Assembly (NCBI GenBank): GCA_965235635.1
Contig: CBDDYR010000004.1
Coordinates: 73,657-137,656 of the forward strand
Direction: 5' to 3'
Length of the DNA: 64,000 nt
From: Candidatus Pelagibacterales bacterium
Lineage (GTDB): Bacteria; Pseudomonadota; Alphaproteobacteria; Pelagibacterales; Pelagibacteraceae
This document shows positions 59,238 through 64,000 of the stretch, one piece after another (position 1 is the stretch's first letter; the number at the start of each line of letters is the position of its first letter). The position numbers were made by a program, and so were the translations under genes. The notes under the pieces are model-generated. The model was not told the DNA's origin. It made no database searches and was given only the letters and a program-made list of their open reading frames with translations.

Positions 59238-59741
59238 TTAGAAATTTTTTTGAAAACTAATGCTGTAATTATTTGCGCCCGGATTTTTATCGCCTAAGCT
59301 AGCGTTTGAAATATGACTGTACGAAATACCAATATTAGATGTTGAGCTTAAATTTAAAGCTGCTCTAACTTGTGTTTTAAATTCAATATTATGACCTAAA
59401 TCTTTTCCATCACCTTTGCCAAAAACTCCAGGTGTAAAACTTGGACTTATCAAAACTGAATTATTAGCTAATTTATAATCTAATCTAACACCTGCATAAC
59501 CATACTTTGCATTATCGTCTGTCACTAAAAATCCAACAACAGGTTTAAAATCTCCAATTGGCGAACCAAAAAGAGTTTTGTCAAAATCATAATCTAATTG
59601 AAACATCCCAGCATTCGTTCTGTCATCACTATGATCAAATTTTCCAACTGAAAAAGTAAAGCCCTCTGATCTAGCTGTTGAGACTAGAGAGACAAATAAT
59701 AAAGAGATTATTCCAAAAGATTTTATAAATTTTGAATTCAT
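59238..59741 (-). CDS. PagL-family outer-membrane acyloxyacyl hydrolase (lipid A 3-O-deacylase-like)
   Basis: Signal peptide, amphipathic beta strands, EF..Q, SHISNA, NPG.N and C-terminal Phe. Confidence 0.8.
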   Translation of the reverse strand: MNSKFIKSFGIISLLFVSLVSTARSEGFTFSVGKFDHSDDRTNAGMFQLDYDFDKTLFGSPIGDFKPVVGFLVTDDNAKYGYAGVRLDYKLANNSVLISPSFTPGVFGKGDGKDLGHNIEFKTQVRAALNLSSTSNIGISYSHISNASLGDKNPGANNYSISFQKNF

Positions 59742-59789
59742 TTTTATGAGCCTTTATTTAATAAAATTGATGGAAATGCAATAAAGATT

Positions 59790-60149
59790 CTACTTTTTTT
59801 TATTATTATTTAATCTGAAGATTAAAAATCCACCAATCATAAAGACAATTAAAGGTAATAACCACAAGGCCAAGCTATTTAAATTTAAACTTGGATTAAA
59901 GACAATCCAGTCTCCATAACGACTTATTAAAAATTCATAAATCTGTTTTTCGTTCTCTCCACTGTCCAATTTTTTAGAAATTAATTTTTTTAAATCAATT
60001 GCAAAATCTGAATTTGACTCATAAATCGACTGTCCTTGACAAACAATACACCTAATATTTTTATAAATTTTGTTTTTTAATTCTTCGTTTGTAGAAAAAA
60101 CATTGGAGGATAAAATTAAAAAAATAAATATAAAAATAAATTTTTTCAT
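59790..60149 (-). CDS. ccmH: Cytochrome c maturation protein CcmH
   Basis: IRCIVCQGQSI.ESN, RYGDWI...P, LWLLP. Confidence 0.92.
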   Translation of the reverse strand: MKKFIFIFIFLILSSNVFSTNEELKNKIYKNIRCIVCQGQSIYESNSDFAIDLKKLISKKLDSGENEKQIYEFLISRYGDWIVFNPSLNLNSLALWLLPLIVFMIGGFLIFRLNNNKKK

Positions 60150-60664
60150 TTTTTTAACTCTAATATTTTATTAACAGCATCTTCATTAAGTGGGCCAATG
60201 TGTTTTAAAATTATTTTTCCTTTTTTTAAAACATATGTCTCTGGTACTCCATACGCACCCAATTGAATTGCGACTTCTCCTTTTTTATCAACTCCTATTA
60301 AGGAGTAAGGATTTCCATAATTTTTTAAAAAATTTTTTGCGTTCCCACTTTCATCTTTATAATTAAGACCAATAATATTAATTTGATTTTTATTTTTTAA
60401 ATCCATTAAAAAAGGGTGTTCAATACGACAAGGAATGCACCAAGATGCCCATATATTTAAAACACTAAAATCTTTACTTGATAAAATCTTACTATCTAGC
60501 TTGGTATTTTTATTAAAAAGATCATCTAAAATAAAATCTGGAATCTTTTTACCAATCATTTGATTGGGTTGGTAAGTTTTATTGGAATTTAAAACCTTTA
60601 AGAAAAGAATAAAAATTATAATGATTGTTACTCCAAGAATTATAATTTTATATTTATTATTCAT
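60146..60664 (-). CDS. ccmG: Thiol:disulfide interchange protein CcmG/DsbE
   Basis: WASWCIPCRIEHP, NYKD, GNPY, YGVPET. Confidence 0.94.
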   Translation of the reverse strand: MNNKYKIIILGVTIIIIFILFLKVLNSNKTYQPNQMIGKKIPDFILDDLFNKNTKLDSKILSSKDFSVLNIWASWCIPCRIEHPFLMDLKNKNQINIIGLNYKDESGNAKNFLKNYGNPYSLIGVDKKGEVAIQLGAYGVPETYVLKKGKIILKHIGPLNEDAVNKILELKK

Positions 60665-62534
60665 TTCTCAATCTAAAAGTTTGATAAACTCCCCCAAAAG
60701 CAATTAACAATATAGAAAGCCAAATCCAAAACATGAATGGCTTATAATAAAATCTAACCATAATTTTATCTTTTTCAAATTCAGATAAATTAATTGCAAA
60801 GTAATAATCTACAATAAAATTAGTCTTAATACTTGTCTCGGAGGTAAACTGAATTGGCTGATTATATTTTCTAATCGATGGAGTTAATTCAACTTGTTTT
60901 TGTTTATTAGTTACTAAAAAATTTCCAAAAACTTCCTCATAATTCTCTTTATTAATTTTATTAATACTTTTAAATTTAATAATAAATTCTTGAATTTTAA
61001 TTTCATCTCCCACTTTCATCGCTGCGTTAATTTCCTTTGATAAATAAGCATTAATAAATATAGAAAAAATCAATATGCCAAATCCTAAATGGGATACTAA
61101 TCTACCAAAATTTAAGCTTAATTTTTTTTGTGAAATCCAATCAAATATAACAGAGACAATTAAATACACTGAGAACAACAGGCCTAATATTAAAATAATG
61201 TCTTTATAATTAAAAAACCAAAAAATAATTATTAAAGAAATTACAACTGAAATTGGAAAAAAGATTTTAAAATTTTTAATTTGTAAAAATTTATCTTCTT
61301 TATTCCAACTAAGAAGAGGTCCATGAGACATGAAAAATAAAAATACAAATAAAAAGGGAGCTAAAATAGTATGATAATAAATAGGACCTACTGAAATACT
61401 TTTCCCAGTAATAGCATCCAAAATAATAGGATAGACTGTTCCAACCAAAACAACTGAAAGAAAAAATAATAAAAAACAATTATTTATTAAAATAAAATTA
61501 TCTCTTTGGAAAAAAGAGTATTTTCCGTAAAAAGATTTTTTCGGACTCTTTATAATAAAGATAGTTAATGAAAAAAAAGTAATTAGCAAAATTGTGCTTA
61601 AAATATATACGCCTCTATACGGATCATTTGCAAAAGCATGCACAGAATTTAATACTCCAGACCTCACTAAAAAGGTTCCAAGCAAACTCATTACAAAAGT
61701 AAAGATAGAAAGCAATGCCGTCCAAGAGTGTAATTTATCTTTTTTAAAAGTTACAATGTTAGAGTGAATTAAAGCCGTTGCGGCAAGCCAAGGCATTAAT
61801 GATGCATTTTCAACTGGATCCCAAAACCAATATCCACCCCAACCTAATTCATAGTAGGCCCAAAAAGATCCAAGACCAATTCCAATAGTCAGCAAAGACC
61901 AGGGCAGAATAATCCAAAAATTTGCAATCTTACTCCATGATTGATCAAAATTATTAGTGACTAATCCTGCAAGGGCAAAACTAAAAACTAAAGAAAAACC
62001 AACATAACCAAAATATAAAAATGGGGGGTGGATCGCAAGTAACGGATCTTGCAGAATAGGATTTAGACCAAGACCTTGTGATGGCGTTGGATCCATCTGA
62101 TCAAAAGGGTTCGAAGTCAAAATTAAAAAAAGTAAAAAAATTAAGATTAATATTGCTTGAAAAAAAACTGTATAAAATTTTAATTTTTCACTAACCTTTG
62201 TTCTAACAAATACGAATGAAAATAATGATAATATTAAAATAAATAAAACCATACTGCCTTCGTGGTTACCCCACGCTCCTGATATTTTATATATTAAAGG
62301 CTTAGTCGTATGAGAATTTTGATAGACAGCTACATTGGAAAAATCAGAGACAATAAAACAATATATTAGAGTTAAAAATGAAATTAATAATAAAAAAAAA
62401 ATACTATTATTAAAAAAATTAATTGTTTTAGAATTTTTAAAATTATTTTTTATTCCAATAATGAATGAAAAAATTAAAAAACAATTAAATATTAAAGATA
62501 AAAATAAGGCTAAATTACCTATATAACCGGCCAT
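60657..62534 (-). CDS. ccmF: Heme lyase CcmF
   Basis: WGNHEGS, HPP..Y.GY, WAYYELGWGGYWFWDPVENASL, SVHAFA. Confidence 0.96.
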   Translation of the reverse strand: MAGYIGNLALFLSLIFNCFLIFSFIIGIKNNFKNSKTINFFNNSIFFLLLISFLTLIYCFIVSDFSNVAVYQNSHTTKPLIYKISGAWGNHEGSMVLFILILSLFSFVFVRTKVSEKLKFYTVFFQAILILIFLLFLILTSNPFDQMDPTPSQGLGLNPILQDPLLAIHPPFLYFGYVGFSLVFSFALAGLVTNNFDQSWSKIANFWIILPWSLLTIGIGLGSFWAYYELGWGGYWFWDPVENASLMPWLAATALIHSNIVTFKKDKLHSWTALLSIFTFVMSLLGTFLVRSGVLNSVHAFANDPYRGVYILSTILLITFFSLTIFIIKSPKKSFYGKYSFFQRDNFILINNCFLLFFLSVVLVGTVYPIILDAITGKSISVGPIYYHTILAPFLFVFLFFMSHGPLLSWNKEDKFLQIKNFKIFFPISVVISLIIIFWFFNYKDIILILGLLFSVYLIVSVIFDWISQKKLSLNFGRLVSHLGFGILIFSIFINAYLSKEINAAMKVGDEIKIQEFIIKFKSINKINKENYEEVFGNFLVTNKQKQVELTPSIRKYNQPIQFTSETSIKTNFIVDYYFAINLSEFEKDKIMVRFYYKPFMFWIWLSILLIAFGGVYQTFRLRNE

Positions 62535-62536
62535 AA

Positions 62537-62971
62537 TTATTTATTTGATTTATTTTTTTTCAAACTATTTGCCACTTCTGGCGGCATATAATTTTCATCA
62601 TGCTTAGCAAGTATCGTAGTTGCGATAAAATATTTTCTATCTTTTAAAAGACCCTCTACAACTGCGCTTTTACCTTCCACAAATAAGTTGGGCAATAAGC
62701 CATTATACTCAACAAAAATTTCATTTTTTAAATCAGTAATAATAAAAACATAAGTATTATTATTTTTTTTTAATGAACCTTCTTTAACTAAACCTCCAAG
62801 CCTAATCTTGCTAACAGGAGTATTTGTTAAATTTTTTATTTCTTGAGGTGCATAAAAATACACCACATTTTTTTGTAAATTATTATATATAAAAAAAAAT
62901 ATTATTAATGCCGCTATGGCTATTAAAGAAAAAATTTTTAATCTATTTTTTGTAGATTTGCTAAAAATCAT
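62537..62971 (-). CDS. ccmE: Heme chaperone CcmE
   Basis: RLGGLV..GS, LPNLF.EG, LAKHDENYMP. Confidence 0.96.
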   Translation of the reverse strand: MIFSKSTKNRLKIFSLIAIAALIIFFFIYNNLQKNVVYFYAPQEIKNLTNTPVSKIRLGGLVKEGSLKKNNNTYVFIITDLKNEIFVEYNGLLPNLFVEGKSAVVEGLLKDRKYFIATTILAKHDENYMPPEVANSLKKNKSNK

Positions 62972-63063
62972 AATTGTATTTAAACAAATTTTTTAAGAAG
63001 ATATCGGGACTTAATTAGATATGAAACTAAAATCTATTCGCTTGCGCTGAAACTGAAGCTTCA

Positions 63064-63222
63064 TCAATTTTTTCTGATTGATAAAGATGTTCGTATGTTT
63101 TTAATAGAATTTAATTTTTTAACTGAAACGTAATAAAGGGAAATTAAAGATAAAGCAGCAAATGCATATGATAACCATATGTACAAACCATAACCACCCA
63201 TATTTAAAAATTCTAAAATCAT
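63064..63222 (-). CDS. ccmD: Heme exporter protein CcmD, 52 aa; not in the ORF track
   Basis: Manual translation MILEFLNMGGYGLYIWLSYAFAALSL...; typical MGGYGxY.W.SY motif; ATGA overlap with ccmC. Confidence 0.88.
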   Translation of the reverse strand: MILEFLNMGGYGLYIWLSYAFAALSLISLYYVSVKKLNSIKNIRTSLSIRKN

Positions 63223-63917
63223 TTTTTATTAACTTTAAAATTTATAATTTCATATTTATATCTAATCAAGAAAATAATCAGTGATAAAATACAAAAGCTA
63301 AAAAACATTATAAGTAATGGCGCCAGCATTGAACTATGTATAGTGGGTGCGGCAGTTAGTGTAATGCTTGCGGGCTGATGAAGGGTGTTCCACCATGCAA
63401 CTGAAAATTTAATAATAGGAATATTTATTAATCCCACGATACCAACAATATTAGTAATTTTTTCAGCTGAATTATAATCTTTTATCAACGACCACAAAAA
63501 AACATAAAGAATATAAGTTAACACTAAAATGAACATTGAAGTTAACCTACCATCCCAGCTCCAAAAAGTTCCCCACGTTGGATAACCCCAAAGTGATCCT
63601 GTCACAACAGATATTAAAGAAAAAACTAATCCTATCGGTGCTAAACTTTTTGCGTAAACTGAAAAAACTCTAACTTTAAAAATTAAACTTATGAATGATG
63701 AAATTCCAATAATTAAAAAAATAAATAAAGAAATCCAAGAGGATGGTACGTGAACATACATAATTCTGACCGTATCTTTTTGTAAATAATCAATTGGGGA
63801 AAAGACTAAGGCTAAGATTAAACCAAGAATAAGTGCTAAAACAAAAATTATCTTTAACCAAAATATACTGGTATTCGCTAAGTTAAAAAAAGTTCTTGGT
63901 TTAAATATTCCAAACAT
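63219..63917 (-). CDS. ccmC: Heme exporter protein CcmC
   Basis: YVHVP, TGSLWG.PTWGTFW.WD.RLT, WWNTLHQ. Confidence 0.96.
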   Translation of the reverse strand: MFGIFKPRTFFNLANTSIFWLKIIFVLALILGLILALVFSPIDYLQKDTVRIMYVHVPSSWISLFIFLIIGISSFISLIFKVRVFSVYAKSLAPIGLVFSLISVVTGSLWGYPTWGTFWSWDGRLTSMFILVLTYILYVFLWSLIKDYNSAEKITNIVGIVGLINIPIIKFSVAWWNTLHQPASITLTAAPTIHSSMLAPLLIMFFSFCILSLIIFLIRYKYEIINFKVNKK

Positions 63918-63934
63918 TTAATTAGATTTTTTTA

Positions 63935-64000
63935 CTACATGTTTGGAAAGATTAGAAGTTTACCTAACTGAGATAAGGGAGATTGGGGATCAAAAATAAC
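63935..64000 (-). CDS. Possible 3' end of an unidentified upstream gene
   Basis: Open frame ...VIFDPQSPLSQLGKLLIFPNM* ending 17 nt before ccmC; too short to identify. Confidence 0.35.
   Translation of the reverse strand, partial: VIFDPQSPLSQLGKLLIFPNM

Noticed and set aside
63027-63100. Possible longer CcmD if one A is removed near 63100 (...IKTYEHLYQSEKIDEASVSAQANRF*)
   Set aside because: It would fit the +1 error pattern, but the 52-aa product is already a plausible CcmD and the tail is too variable to judge.

Overview
This is an AT-rich, very compact bacterial chromosome segment with intergenic gaps mostly of 0-30 nt and many overlapping stop/start codons. Gene content and order match a streamlined alphaproteobacterium of the SAR11/Pelagibacterales type; the subclade cannot be fixed from this window. 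It is almost entirely core genome: argH-lipoprotein-lysA-plsC, hisC-tyrA, metW-gloB, rplU-rpmA-obg-proBA-nadD-rsfS-rlmH-ctpA-rppH, atpHAGDC, priA, tal, a TCA cluster (sdhCDAB-mmsA-mdh-sucCDAB-lpdA), ffh-rpsP-trmD-rplS-leuCDB-asd, dapF-ftsY, an organic-acid cluster (TRAP transporter, amidase, EamA, two NAD-dependent hydroxyacid dehydrogenases, glcDEF, aminotransferase, FMN alpha-hydroxyacid oxidase), a PagL-like beta-barrel and ccmCDEFGH. No tRNA, rRNA, CRISPR array or mobile element was seen. Elements missing from the ORF track: a SAM-II riboswitch placed directly before metW with no metX, an ffh leader RNA, a 46-aa LptM/YifL-like lipoprotein and ccmD. asd is broken by 11 apparent +1 insertions, and plsC and an alpha/beta hydrolase by one each; these are most likely insertion-biased sequencing errors. 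The best candidate for an uncharacterised system is a TRAP transporter co-transcribed with a malonamidase-E2-like amidase, which may scavenge a carboxylic-acid amide for N and C. That role is inference, not established.
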